From the human T2T-CHM13v2.0 reference genome, Homo sapiens: a stretch of 64,000 bases of DNA. The notes under the pieces were generated by a model. That model worked only from the letters and a program-made list of their open reading frames with translations, made no database searches and had not been told where the DNA came from. Positions 1-14,373 of this stretch are shown piece after piece (the first letter of the stretch is position 1; each line of letters begins with the position of its first letter). The stretch is taken from the NCBI RefSeq assembly GCF_009914755.1, contig NC_060930.1; one strand, written 5' to 3'. The translations under genes were made by a program, and so were the position numbers.

Positions 1-317
1 GAATTAACATTTTAAATAAAAGGGGTTGAAAATATTAACAGATAAAAGATTTGCCTTGGATTGAATTTTTTTATTCCTCCTATTACCATTCATTTTAATG
101 TGAACCCATCTGTGAGAAAAGTGGATAATTTATGTGAATAATGTAATGATGCTGTATTCTCCTAGATAATATTATACTGTTTTTGAAATTATCTCCTGCC
201 CCCATTCCAAACTTATTGATGAATGGCACTGTATAGGAGTATCAAAAAACTAAGTTTGCAGATTCCTGAGACTGAGTATAGAGGGCTGATGTTAATCATA
301 AGAAGATCTCATATTGA

Positions 318-674
<357 letters not shown>

Positions 675-1299
675 AAGAATAAAGCTTTTAATCTTTCCCC
701 TCCCCTGATCTCTTTGCTTTCTGAAATAATCTCCTCACAAGGAGGTGAAACATTGAGTGGCCAGCCTGGCCTTGCTGTTGCTTCTGTATATCCCAGCCTG
801 TCACTCTTAGGAGCACGATGAAGATCTATAAGTATCTCTACTTTGGTCCAGCTACACCTCCCCTTGAGGAATATAGATTGGAAAGGGTACAGAATATGTT
901 TCCTCATTGGTAATGTTAACCTTTTATTTCTTCTGAATAATTTAATATTTGATGTGAAAGGCTATTTTTTGAAGTATCACATAATGAAACAACAGCCCTG
1001 AACAATATAGACATTAGAAGCATTTTTTTCTTTTACCTTACTACATGCGTTACCAAGGAAACAAAAGAAATTGGAAAACAAAGAAAACCAAAGGAGATGT
1101 AGCAATATTGGGGGTTATAATAACTTTGTGAAAAAGTTTCTTGCAGAGGTAAGTTCAGTTAAGGCACCTAAAAGCATCTTGACAACTGATAACTCACACT
1201 GCATGGTGGATACAAAATGTCCAATGAAATTCCCAAGATTTTTTAAAGCAAATGGTGTCTGTTTCTCACCAAGGATGCAAATCCAAACTGTTATCCAAG

Positions 1300-2080
1300 T
1301 CTTGTTCATAGTGCTTTCTAAATATCTCCAGAATGCATTGATCTTTATTATTTCTTGATCTCTGTTGCGCTTTCTCAAGCCTTCACGACAGTGTATGTCT
1401 TCCCTGGATTACTGTGATGATCTCCTACTAGACTCCCTGCCCTCAATCATGCCTCTGTAATCTGTAGTGTGCATGGTTGTCAGCAACTCTGATCATGGCC
1501 ACCATACTTAAATTTTTAAATTTCTCATGTTTCAGAATAAGGAACCCTTTAACTTGACATATTAGGAAGACGCTTCATGACCTAATTCCTATGTAATCTT
1601 TCCAACATCATCTCTCACGGCTGTCCTGCCTTATACTAGATGTGTCAAATGATGCAATTACTTCATTTGTTTATCTACTTAGCAAATATTGACTAAGCAT
1701 TCAACATTGTCAGGCACTGTTTAAGTGTTGCAATATAATGGTAATACTTTCAGTTTCTAGAATAAGTCCTGGGCCTTATCTCTTATCTCTGGGCCTGTGC
1801 ATATGTTTTTCTCTCTCCCGGGAACTCTCCTCTTCCTTGAAAGTATAAATTCTGCTAAGTGCGCTACTGCCTTACTTCTGGTAAACCTTCTCTATTACCT
1901 AGGCTGAATTAGGTGACTTGCTGGGTCCCCTCAAAATACCCTTCTCTCTCATGCATTTATCATGCTACACCTTTCACTTCTCTGTCTGCTCCACTAGAGT
2001 ATAAACTTCTTAAGGCAATATGCCTTTTTCATTTTTGTATTTCCAAGACTGTGCCTTGCATATTATAGATGTTATTTATG
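1300..2080 (+). mobile_element. L2 LINE remnants (small opposite-strand L2 piece at ~1660-1740)
   Basis: Degenerate L2 3' motifs (CCTGGATTACTG, CTCCACTAGAGTATAAACTTCTT); boundaries approximate. Confidence 0.55.
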
Positions 2081-2159
2081 GGATATCCTCTGAAAAATCT
2101 CCAAGTGAGTCCTAAGATCCTAGACATTGCCTAGTAATAATTTTTCCTTCATGAGGTAG

Positions 2160-2489
<330 letters not shown>

Positions 2490-2631
2490 TATTTTTTTAT
2501 TGTTTTTAAAGTGACTTATGCAAAGGTGGCTATGCCTTTTTATAAAAGATTAGCACAAAGGGAGAATAATAACATTTGCAAATTATTTGCTTGAAGCTTT
2601 TATTTAGAAATCTGTTACATGTCCTTTTTTG

Positions 2632-2659
2632 ATATATATATATATATATATATATATAT
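2632..2659. repeat. (TA)n microsatellite
   Basis: Directly visible. Confidence 0.95.
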
Positions 2660-2865
2660 CTATAGATCTGTAGCTAGATTAGGGAGAAATTTGGGCCTAA
2701 ATTTGAACTTTTATACACCAATTAAAGCAAGTAGAATTTGTAATATATTTCACCACAGGCCACAATTTCTGCCCTGGAGAAGGGGTCAGATCGTGGTCTC
2801 CATCTAGGGGAGCAGTTACCTGATAGTCACATAAACTGCAGGTCAGGCCCCTCTGTGGTCTGCCC

Positions 2866-3238
2866 CTGTTCAGGTTGGATTTCCAAGAAAACAGGCTCTA
2901 AGGAGAAGGTTTGAATATGGAGATTTATTTAGGAAGGCTCTTGGGATCCATCCTTGGGGTGGGAGTGAACAGATGGGGATAGAGCGGAGTAAAAAAATAC
3001 AGAATTGGGTGGAGGGAGAGAATGAATAACAACGCTGCCATAATAAACACCTCAACTAATCCTATGGGGAAGACTGGGGCTGGGATGACCCCAGCTTTGA
3101 GAGGCAAAGGGGGCTGTGCCTTTATGCTCCTGCACAGACCAGTCTCCCAACCCTACCCAACTGCAACTTGATGAATGAGGGCCCTTTCTTCAACTGTGGT
3201 CAATTCCCAAGAAGGGAATCAGATGAGTACTGGGGGAG
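2866..3238 (-). mobile_element. ERVL LTR (LTR16-like)
   Basis: CAGGTTGGATTTCCAAGAAAACAGGCTCT...ATTTATTTAGGAAGGCTCTTGGGATC resembles the reverse complement of the LTR16 3' end. Confidence 0.6.
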
Positions 3239-3647
3239 TGCTATAGTTTGAGTGTACGTGTCCCTCCAAAATTCATATGTTGAAACCTAATCACCAAGGT
3301 GATGGTATTAGGAGGTGGGGACTCTGGGAGGTGATTAGGTCATGGGGGCTCCAGGTTTGTGAATGGAATTAATGCCCTTACACAAGAGACTTCAGAGATC
3401 TGCTTCCCCTTTCATCTCCTTCATCCCTTCCACCATATGGGGAAACAGAGTTCATCCAGTCCTCCATGTTAGGATGCAGCAACCAGGTATAATCTTGGAA
3501 GCAGAGACAGACCCTCACCAGACACAGTCTCCTGGGACCTTGATCTTGGACCTTCCAGCCTCTAAAACTGTAAGCAATAATTTTCTGTTATTTATAAATT
3601 ACCCAGTGTAAAGTATTTTGTTGCAGTAGCAGGAATAGCCTAAGACA
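3239..3647 (+). mobile_element. MaLR solo LTR (MLT1A/MSTD-like)
   Basis: TGCTATAGTTTGAGTGT...CCCTCCAAAATTCATATGTTGAAACCTAATC start; ...ATAAATTACCCAGT...CTAAGACA end. Confidence 0.85.
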
Positions 3648-3759
3648 TGTAGTGAGTGTTTCAGTTCTGAAACTGCAAGTAGAGATCCTGGTTGTGGACT
3701 CTAAGTTCCTAAACCTCCTCATCACTTATTGGGAAAGTCAGTTTTGGGGCTCAGGACCA

Positions 3760-4830
3760 TTAGGAAAATTCAAGATTCCTGCCTCATTCAAATGGAGGGC
3801 TAAATGCAGGGTAGGAATAGCAAGAAGGTATTTTCTTTCAAGCCCATTTCCCTCTTCTTTCAGGCTGTTAAAACATGTTCACTTGTTCACCTGCTAGTGG
3901 CCATTGGCTCAGGGAAAGTGAATCAGATCCCTTGTTCAAGGGGATAAATTTAGTTACTCTTAGCCAATCATGGTGATTCTATTCTGCTTTTCAGAGACTG
4001 GTTTAACAAGAGTCATGTGATCTTTCTGGTCAATGAAAGATAAGGGGAAGCCAGCCTGGAGTTGCTTCAGAAAGGCTGCTCTTAAACAGAAACATATTTG
4101 AAGAAACAGTAACTTTATTCTGACTCTTTATGTGTGTGGCGGAGGAAGTGATGCCTAGAGCTACTACAGGCACTTAGGCCATGAGGAGAACCAGTGTAAG
4201 TCAGCAAGCCAAGATGCTAAAGACAGCAGAATAAGAAAATGGCAAGAATCTTGTCCTTGATGCTGTTGAGCTACTGAATTAACCAGGGCTGCAACTCCCT
4301 GTATTAGTAAGGATTCTCCAGAGGAACAGAACCAATAGAATGTATATATAAGTATATAATAAGGAATTAGCTCATGCAGTTACAGAGGCTGACAAATTCC
4401 AATATCTGCAGTTGGCAAGCTGGAGACTCAGGAGAACTGACGGTGTAGTCTAACGGCTAGCAGGCCCAAGAACCAGGAAAAGCTGATTAAAGTTCAAAGG
4501 CGGGGAAAAAAAACCCAATGTCCCAACTTGAAGGCATTTAGGCAGGAGGAATTCCCTCTTATTTATGAGACTGTCAGCCTTTTTGTTCTATTTAGGCTAT
4601 CAATTGTTTTGATGAGGCCCACAACATTAGAAAGGGCAGTGTGCTTTGCTCAGTCTATCAATTTCAACGTTAAACTCATCCAGTATAATGTTTGATCAAC
4701 TATCTGGGTATGCCATGGTTCAGTCAACTTGACACATAAAGTTAACCAATCGTCAAAACCCCCTACTTTTGGTTTCTTGATAAATAAAATAATATTTATC
4801 TTCTGTTTTAGTGGAATAAAGGTATGGAAA
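3760..4830 (+). mobile_element. Old MaLR LTR (MLT1J/K/L-like) interrupted by MLT2B
   Basis: AGCCAATCATGGTGATTC...CATGTGATCTTTCTGGTCAATGA...GAGCTACTGAATTAACC motifs; resumes after ~4756. Confidence 0.5.
4300..4755 (-). mobile_element. MLT2B-like ERVL solo LTR
   Basis: TGTATTAGTAAGGATTCTCCAGAGGAACAGAACCAATAG start; CAACTTGACACATAAAGTTAACC end. Confidence 0.85.
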
Positions 4831-7754
4831 ACGCTTTGATCAGTTTCTGTCTTTTGTTGATCTGGAATTGCAGTATCATTGTGATTAAAGAAACTAAAAT
4901 ACAGTGTAATTAGGGGATCACATCCAAATTTTGCAAACCCTTTGGTAATGTTTAGAATATATTTGATTAATTCATTTTCAATTCAACAAACACCTGTTAA
5001 ATACTAACTATATGTCAGCTAGGTACATGTTATATGTCAATGAAAAAAAAAAGAAAAAATTCCCCTTGTGGGGCTGACATCTAGCATATAAACAAATGGT
5101 CAATTTTAATATAGTTTTGGGTTTATTTAAGCTTATTACAGAATAAAAAAATAGTGCCCCAAACTGACCACTCTTGCATAGCCATGCCCAGCAGCCAATA
5201 CTACATAATGTCAACCTACAACACAGCACCATCAAGTTGTTACTCAAATGAGACCTAGGCTTGACGGGATGTTAGGAGGTCCATTTCTATCAATAAACAG
5301 AGTCTGGAGTTCATCCATCGCCCTAAGCCTGCTATTGAGGGAGCTCTATGTAAACATTTATGTGGCCACCAATAAATAGTAAGCCCCTCAATCCCAACCC
5401 TAACCTCACTGTGTTTCTAGATTCTTGCCTCTGTTCTTTGTTTGCACTTTATTCTTTGCTGGTAACGGATTCTAGCCCTGAACTCCAGCCAAATTGTCTG
5501 GGCCTACGAATTGACTAGTCTTGCCAACCTCTTCTCTCTGGGGGATCTGGATCCTATCCCAATTTTCTCCCCTCTGCAGCCCACTGGCTAAGGCCCTATT
5601 ACAACCCAGACAACCTCTCCCATTCCGAACATAAAACTGTCATCTGTTGGATAATAACATTTCCCACATAACCAGTTCCTGGTGCCATGCTCCCACCTGG
5701 CTTGAGATGGTGACTGTCACCATTAATCTGGTTTGGATTCAGGTTTGGTATGTCCTGTTAGATGCTGAGACTTGGGGGAGCTTATAGTCATATACCTCAG
5801 ACCTCCCCTATCCCCACCAGTCTTGGCTTACTTCTCTCTCTCCTACAGATCTACAGCTGGGGTTCTCTTCTGGCTCTCCTGCCAAGGCCAATCAGATCGC
5901 AATACAAAAAAGTAACACTTTCCAGCATTCTGTAGAGTCTGATTTTCTAAACAGTTCTTTAGATTTTAATGCATCTCAATAATAGTTATAAGTAACATTT
6001 TATTTTTTTCTGTGGCAGATTAGGCCTCCTGCAAAATAGTCATTTTCAAAAATTGTCTAAGATTCAGATGCCGCACCCAATGTTTATGCTTTTTGCAGCA
6101 ATATGGTCCTAATTCAACATCATGCAGCGTGCAAATCAGTGTTTCTTCTAACTTCAACAGTGATAAATATTTATTAAGCCTCCACTATGTTCATGGAACT
6201 ATACCAGGTGCTGCTATAACTATTTTTCCTTTCCAGGAAAAATAAATTCAAATATGGAATAAAAAGCCCAAACTCATGAAACTGGACTGACTTTGCTTCT
6301 TAAAAATTCAACATGCTGCAGCTGCATGCTTAAACCTGGTTCAAACAGGATGATGAAATAAAACATTATTATTGTGGGAATATAACACTGTCTAAATAAA
6401 TAGCCAACATGAAAACTGTCTCTAAAACCCATAGCATCTGTATGTGCAGACTGTAAGTAAGTTATATAATTCCTCCACTATTCTGTAACATGGCCAATTC
6501 AGAATGTCTTACCATTAATCTTGAAGACATTTAAAGATGTTCACTTTTCTAACTCTTCCCTTTGAAAATATATTTGAACCTTATTTGCAATAAAAATCTC
6601 ATAATATTGTATTACTTTTTGATGTGTCATTTCTGTTAAATGGTGCCTGGAATAAATCAGCTTTGACTTTTCAGATTACATGTGTTGTTCCAGAGTTTTA
6701 GTAGTTACAACATACATTTACATTTTCTAATGTCCTCACTATAATGAAGATAAACACAGGGGTAATTTTTCTCATGTCATGTGTATATAGGATAAGATTA
6801 CCAGGCCAACAGTGTCACTATCAGATTTCTTTCAGAAAGTGTTTAATGTTGAATTTTAATCACATGCTTGAACAACTAGGACTTTTTGGGTTTTATTTTT
6901 CAAATATGTGTTAGTAAGAAAACAGACTGAAATGTGGAATGTACCAGATAAATCTCTTTGGTGATTTTACATATCTGTATGATCATGTTTGACTTAGAAA
7001 TACCAATCTTTTGATCTTACACTTCAAATGTTACATCTGTGAACATAAAAATCTATATGGCTATAACTTTCCAGGAAGAAATCTTGCTCAAGTAACTAAT
7101 AAATGATCCAAGTTTTAGATAATTCTGACATAATTCCAACATATTTCCTACAGTATTTTGCTTTAGAAGACTTTCTGACCCAGATATTTATGGCTAAAGT
7201 CCATATTTTATAGATCAAATGATAATTACCTTGTAGAGGAAAGCATTTGTTTTTGAATAGTGCCAGGAGCAAGTAAGTGTAACTAATATTACACGATAGA
7301 TATTTCTGCAGATAAGTGAGCTTAACTCTCGTGGTTAAAACTTATGGTTAAATTTCCACAGATTAGTAAAAGTTCTCAGTTTTATTAACAATTCTCCATT
7401 TTCATTAAAAGCCCTACTTTCCTGATAGTTAGGCTGATGAGAAGTTAGTTCAGAGGGCTGCTCATTCCCATATTCATCACTTTTTATTCAGTAATGTTAT
7501 TTTATGAATAATAATTTTCTTATTTGTTGAGGCGTATATCATGATGTTTAGATGTACATTACTATTTGTCCAATGCAACTAATTAGTTAAATAGGAATGA
7601 GTTGTAATGATCAGAGGTAATCCCAGAAAATATTTTTTCAAGTTTACAAACTTATAACTTTATAACTTTACAAGTTATAAAGAGACCTTCATAACAGTTA
7701 ATTAAATCAAAGAATCCTTTAGTTGGACCATAAGCACTAACAGTCGGCATTCCG

Positions 7755-7960
7755 TGAATATTTGTTATATGTTTGGTATTTTGCTAAGCACTTCATTTTT
7801 TTTAAGTGTCATTTAATTTTCACATGAACCCTATGAAATATGTATCATTATTAGTCTTATTTAAATGTTGCTGAAGCTGATGCTTCAAGGAAAAGTATCA
7901 TGCTTAAGGACGAACAGCTACCAGGTGGGGAACCGGGGACCTGAACTGGGTAATCTAACT
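7755..7960 (-). mobile_element. MIR SINE
   Basis: TGCTAAGCACTT...CATTTAATTTTCACATGAACCCTATGA core. Confidence 0.65.
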
Positions 7961-9049
7961 TAACTTCTGCTTCAGTATCATTTTAGTTATATCTTTCTTG
8001 TACAAGTATGTCTCATCTTCCCTGTTAACTCTTCATTGATAGGAAAGACCATCTTTTTTTAATCTTTATGTTCCATTACTTGCCTTGGGCACAGTAGAGA
8101 CCTATAAATGTTTGGTGCTCACATTTAATAAAAATGTAGTAATAATAGCACTATGATATATAGCAATAATTTTTTTTTTTTTACTTTTTAAGGGTTAAAT
8201 AGGGTCAACGTGATTGACTCACTTGTTTTTGCTTATTGTACTTAAACGTCTAATATGTTAGATTAACTCTATTATTAATGATTTGGCCACGTAAAGTCAA
8301 CGGCTATTCTGAAATAAACAAAATGGTCTGTAAATCCCTTGGTATATTTTTGCTGCCAAAGAGTACAAACATTCATTCAATAAATATTTATTGAGTAGAA
8401 TGAAGTGAAATCCAAGTGCAAGAAAACAGCAAAGAAGTAACAGAGGTGATTGAGAAAATAGAAAACAGTAGTGAGATTCAGAATGACAGCAGTGGCTTCC
8501 ACTTTAGTGTAGGTAGTTGAAAAAAGCCCTACCACAAAGTTAAACTTCAGCTGAGACTAGACGGGTGAGGAGGACATGAACTTGGCCAGTTTGAAGGTAA
8601 AGATGGATGATGTGGCTGGAGTATAGTGAAATTGTAATTTCTACCAATCTAAAATCCAAGGCAAGCTTTGCCTGAGCCATTCCAGACTTCCCTGGTGGAT
8701 ATGAATTAGATCATTCCAAGTCAAATGTTCATGTGTTGAAATCTAATACTAAAGATCCCTTAAAAAATTTTTAGACTAATTTCAATGACCTTCCATTCTG
8801 GTCACTTAGGATAATGGGCTAAAATAGAAATCCCTCTGAAACATTATTCTCTCTTACTCTTATGGTTTTCTGTCTTCTCTGGATCAACACGAATGGTACT
8901 CCCTCCACTGCCCCAAATATTTTAGCCGCAACTTGGAAGCCCATGGCACATCCTGTGTGTATTAAAAGAGGGCTCCATTGACTACCTGGTAATGACAGAT
9001 GCTTGGTTCTCCTTGGAAAACAATTCTTCTAGGTCACTCACTTTCTCCA

Positions 9050-11450
9050 TTCAAGACTCTGACACCTGGGTCACAATTTCATCCTCTGCTAAATCCTGTT
9101 ATTATCTTCCCTGACTTCAAAGGTTCTTCCACCTCTCCAACTCCAGTGATTTTCACATACCTTTGTCACCCCACAAAATACTGGCAACTGTGGATATACT
9201 CTGAACTTTGTTATTCCCTACAATTGTCCTGCCCTCTTACTTCCAGCTCTCTCCTCAGACCTTACTCTCCATAGATGTCTCTCTGACACCACAGACATCT
9301 CTTATCTCATGGCTCTGTTACCCCAGTTTATCTACCACATTGTTCTTGTTTATATCCCTCCCCAGCTTGAACCCTATAACTTATTGATGGAACCACTTTT
9401 TTGTACCAACATCCCCAAATCTCTGAAACCTTGGACTTTCCTATGCATATACCTTGGCTGTTGAACAGTCTCAGAAAAAGGTCACTTGGTATTTGCTAGG
9501 GGCCAATATAATATTTAACTTAGCTGGAGTCTAATCAATGCTTGACTGTCCTATGCTTTGTTCTTGGTTAGTAATTCTTGCCACCCTTCCCAAGAACTTC
9601 TTTAGATTCCTGCCATTCCCCCTTAAGATCCTTTTTAACTTTTTCTTGGTGCCTTGGCCTTTTATTCTACTGACAATATTGAGATGTTGAAGAATGAAAA
9701 CTTTCAAACACCCATACCTTCCCTCAAATTTTGAACCAGAATCATCCTTGACTCTCTCCCACCAATCTCAGTGGAAGCTCTCTTGCCTTCTTCCCAAGGC
9801 CAGGCCTTCCAGTTAGGATCTTGATTAGGATACTATTCTGTCTGTTCTCCAATTTTCTTATATGCCTTCAACTTTTCTGCTTCTCTTCATCTGTCTTTTC
9901 TTAAGGCTTATGGAACTCCCATTTAAAAAATCTTTGAATTTGTGTGCCCCTTTAATGTTAGCCATGTCTGTATCAGCTAACCTTTATCAGCTGTTTTCAG
10001 AAAGAATAGTCTGCACTTGACCACCACCACTTCTTGAATTCCCCATTCATTCACCTATTAAAATCGGGCTTCCTCCTCTATCCTCTGCGCTGACAATATC
10101 TGGCTAACCATAATTGATCTTACTATTTTTAAATCCATTTATTTTATTTAGCATACTAACCCATTTCTTGAAACCACCTCTTTATTTCATTAATGCCCTC
10201 TTCTGTCATCGAAACTCTCTGCCTATTGCTTCCTTGTCCCCTTTTTCTATCTTTTTTCTTTGCATAATTCAAAATGCTGGTACTCTTGGAGGTCTTTTTT
10301 CAGCCCATTGCTCTTATTACTCTGCATATGCTTCTTCAGATAGGGGCAGACAGGATGTGGTTCTCATTTAATTTCACAGTATGTATTATCACCTATAAGT
10401 TGACGCCTCAGATCTGCTCAGCAACTTAGGCTTCCAATTGGAAGGACCATAACTTAGTGAAATAAACATACTCCAATTACTGAAAATTTTCTACACCAGG
10501 TTCCCCTGCCACTCTACATACTTCCTCACATGATGGTGCCAGCATGCATTAGAAACCAAAGCCAGACCGCTTGGAGTCACTTGAAATGCCTTCCCTCATG
10601 CTCACCTCATTTAGTCACTACATCTTGCTGATTTCACTTCTAAATATTGCTCCTCTGCTTTTCCTCCTACTTTTTAGCTTTGCTGTTACTCCTCTAGTTC
10701 AGGCATTCATCTTCACTCATGTTGATTATTGTTTTGGCCTCCTTTGTCTGCCTCATCTTTTCTGGCTTTGCACTCACAGTCCATCCTCCTTCTTCCATCA
10801 TGGCTGTCCATTTAAAGGGCACATCCTCCTGTAGCAGAGGGATGACAAAAAAAAAGGAGAAGGAGAAGATGAAGAAGAAGGACAAGAAGCAGAAGAAGCA
10901 GAAGCAGCAGCAGAAGAAGCAGAAGCAGAAGAAGCAGCAGCAGAAGAAAGAGGAAGAGGAGGAAGAAGAGGAAGAGGAGGAAGAAGAGGAAAAAGAAGAG
11001 GAAGAGGAGGAAGAGGAAGAGGAGGAGGAAGAGGAAGAGGAGGAAGAGGAGGAAGAGGAAGAGGAGGAAAAGAGGAAGAGGAAGACGAGGAAGAAGAAGA
11101 GGAAGAAGAGGTAGAGGAAGAAGAAGAAGAAGAAAGAAGAAGAAAGAAGAAGAAAAGAAGAAGAAAGAAGAAGAAGAAGAAGAGGCAAATCCCATAACAT
11201 CACTCCCCTGATTGAATCCTTAATGGGTATACCTTCACCTGCCCACTGCTAGGTGCTGCCCACTGCCAGGTGCCCCATGCTTCTCTTCACAACAGTTACC
11301 ACATTGATTGCAGTCCTGTTGCCCAGATGTAGCCAGAAGCACCTCAGTGGCCAACACCTTGCCTCACTCATTCTACAGCCTTGGTACCTGGGATACTACC
11401 CAGCACACCATAGGCATTCAACAAATGTTAAACTAAACAGAATAGAGTTA
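9050..11450 (+). mobile_element. Long degraded L2 LINE split by the purine triplet tract
   Basis: Pyrimidine-rich L2-type sequence; CAAATC...CATCACTCCCCTG resumes at 11186; ends CATAGGCATTCAACAAATGTT. Confidence 0.6.
10847..11185 (+). repeat. Compound AAG/CAG - GAG/GAA - GAA purine-rich triplet tract (~340 bp)
   Basis: Directly visible. Confidence 0.97.
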
Positions 11451-11594
11451 AATGGAATATATAACCAAAGTTAATTCCATATTGGAGAAAAACAAACATC
11501 ATGGCAAGTAATTATTTGGGGAACACCTAATGCATACCAGCACTGTGTTGGAACTTCACACATTTTATGCTGATTTACTAGACATCTGTGTTAC

Positions 11595-11800
11595 ACAGCA
11601 GGGTGAAGTGGTGTAAGGAACATGACTTTTTAAAGAGAAAGATCTTGGGTTACATCCTGACTGTGCCACTTCATAGCTGTGACCTCGAGAGAACTACTTA
11701 ACATCTAATTTTTAATATCGCACTATTCAAGGGATAGCAATGCATTTCTCACAGGGTAGTTGTGCAGACTAAAAGAGATTAAAAGGACCTAGAAAATGTG
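11595..11800 (+). mobile_element. MIR SINE
   Basis: TGGGTTACATCCTGACTGTGCCACTTCATAGCTGTGACCT B-box/core. Confidence 0.7.
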
Positions 11801-13893
11801 TGGAGGTTAAACATGAATGCCACTGGGGCTTGAACCTTTCTCATAATTTGACAACTGCTGAGAAGGGCAGGACTTTTTGGCATGTTAAGGTCTCTGAGTT
11901 CAGGAATGAAGGGGCCCCCATGAGTCCTGAGTGAGACTTGCTGAGGCCCAGCGATATTGTGTGAAACAGGATTTAAGAGTTTTTACTTTCCAGAAACCAA
12001 GGGTAACAGAAGTCTCTGTATTGTAATAGGAGGTCATACCTGCTTAAATACATAGATAGTAATTTAGTATTTGCTGGTGTAAATAGTACAGTACTATTGG
12101 GGATACATTAGAAACCTTAGGAACATTTATTAAATGAAATCATAATAGACAAAACCCTTCAGAGTGTGCCATCTCTTTTTTTTGCTGTGACGCTGACAGC
12201 TCTTACACTATTTCAAAGAGATTTGGAACAAATTATTGGTAACAATAAAGCCCCTCTAAAACTTTTATATGGAGATGTTTATTGCAACATTATATTCAAT
12301 AGCAAATAATTACAAATAACTTATGAGATCATAAAGTAAATGATGAGTGATGTTATACCAATATGATAAATAAAATATTATTTATCTCTACAGTAAGGCT
12401 TATGAAGACTGTAGGAAATAGAAATAAAGTGCCCAATGTGGCATGCATCTAATTCCATAATTATAGCTAAGAAAATGTAAGACTATCTTTGGATAAGGGC
12501 TAATAAAAAAAAAATAGGTATAAGGTAGTATGCAAATATGAATATAATTAGGTTTGGGCAGTAAAATCTACTGATTTTTTTTAATTTTGGAAGTTTACAT
12601 AATTAAAAATTTTAAATTATTTTAAATGATTTATGAGCATCAGTATCAGAATATTAAAAATATATAAACCAAGATAAATGCTCCAAGCAAGAGAAAAGCA
12701 ATTACTGACTTACCAAATTATTCTTCTGACATCTTAATTATAAAACCTAGCCATAATTTATTACCAGACCCTAGCTTCCCATTCTTATAACACAGAAAAT
12801 ATTATTTTATGACTTACAATCAAGGCACAATCTCTTAAATAATCTACTTTAGAATCAACTATAAGCAAAAGAAAATTTATCTACAGAGCTATATTATTAG
12901 ATAACCTGGTTTGTAGCCTTGCAATGTGTATTCAATTGCCTTTATGTCTATTTGCCTATCTCCTAAAATACTCAAATTTCGGATTTTAGCCTAATACACT
13001 CACAATCATGAGACTGATTACATAACTGGATTTCAAGGAGAAAAAATAACAAAGAGGAATGAATTAATTATCTGAACTTTAGTTATATATTAGATTTCCT
13101 AAACAAGAATTACAGACAAATTTGTTTATTAAGAAAACACTGTTGAGAGGAACATGTCTTTGGAATTATGAAAAATGATCTTCCAGAGTATATGGAAAGT
13201 AAAGACATTCTGAGGAAATGTCCATTATGAAAGTCCAAGTGACTATGCTTAAACCACTATAACCGTAGATCTGATTGCTTGATGCTATAATTCAATTATC
13301 TTCTCACTACTTTACCTCTCATCTGATAGTGAAATACAGCCCTATTTTTTCCTCTAGTATTTATTCAAATATTTTTCCAAGTATGACACAATGACTTTAT
13401 CTCCTCAGTCAGTTGTCATTCTTGAGGTATGTAGACTCATCAACCACTAAACCACTGTGGCGAGGACCCTGGTCCATTTGGCCAAAAATTCTGCCCTTGT
13501 TCTTCATCCTATTAACCGTAAATATATTAGGAATCTAGCTAGAAGATGTCCCAATTTATTATTCATTATAGCTCTAACAATATTAATGTTAACTATTAAG
13601 TATGAAGATGATTTTTTTTTATTTTCCATTAAGTCATTTATTGAGTCACTTACATTATGCCTGTAGTTTAGGTAGGATTAATCCATAATTTCTTCCCAAA
13701 TTCCCCTGTGATTCGATTCCTTGCAGAGGACCATTAAATATATGATGAGTGGTTGGAAGGTTCCTTCTTATCCTATGGATAAAAGGCTCTAAATGTCTTA
13801 ATATATTTAATTCTTCATTTAAATCACTTCTGATGTGTGTTTATTATATAGGTAGGCTCTCTTGAACATATAGTCCAGTGCAACTATTAATGC

Positions 13894-14198
13894 TTTATTT
13901 ATTTTTTATTTATTTATTTTTTGAGACCAGGTCTCACTGTCGCCAAGCCTTGAGTGCAGTGGCAGGATCACAGCTCACGGCAGCCTCTATCCCCCAGGAT
14001 GAAGTGATCCCCTTTCTTCAGCCTCCCAAGTAGCTGGGACTACAGGTGTATGCCACCATACCGTGCTAATTTTTGTATTTTAGTAGAGACAGGGTTTCAC
14101 CTTGCCCAGGCTGATCTTGAACTTCTGAGCTCAAGCCATCTGCCCGCCTCTGCCTCCTAAAGTGCTGCGATTGCAGGCATGAGCCACCACATCTGGCC
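13894..14198 (-). mobile_element. AluJ
   Basis: GATCACAGCTCACGGCAGCCTC and GAGCTCAAGCCATC (J diagnostics); degenerate TSD AA..CTTTATT. Confidence 0.92.
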
Positions 14199-14354
14199 AA
14201 CACTTTATTGATAACTGTATGTATGTATAAGCATTTCTAGGTTGTAACAATCCATTGGCTCTCAGTAGGCCCACCAGAGGAGTACTGCACCTGCAATGAA
14301 AACCTGTCTCAGATTTCAATCTGCAAGTGTTTTATTATGGGCTGCTAGTAAATT

Positions 14355-14373
14355 ATCCCACAAGAGGTCGCTA
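14355..14373 (+). promoter_or_regulatory. Candidate CTCF site
   Basis: CCACAAGAGGTCGCTA resembles the CTCF core CCASYAGRKGGCRSTA; CpG retained in AT-rich unique DNA; motif evidence only. Confidence 0.4.

Noticed and set aside
10694-11203. Long ORFs (poly-E/K/Q 131 aa; poly-S/F 169 aa; poly-L/F 127 aa)
   Set aside because: Open only because the triplet tract lacks stops; starts lie in L2-derived sequence; no coding evidence.
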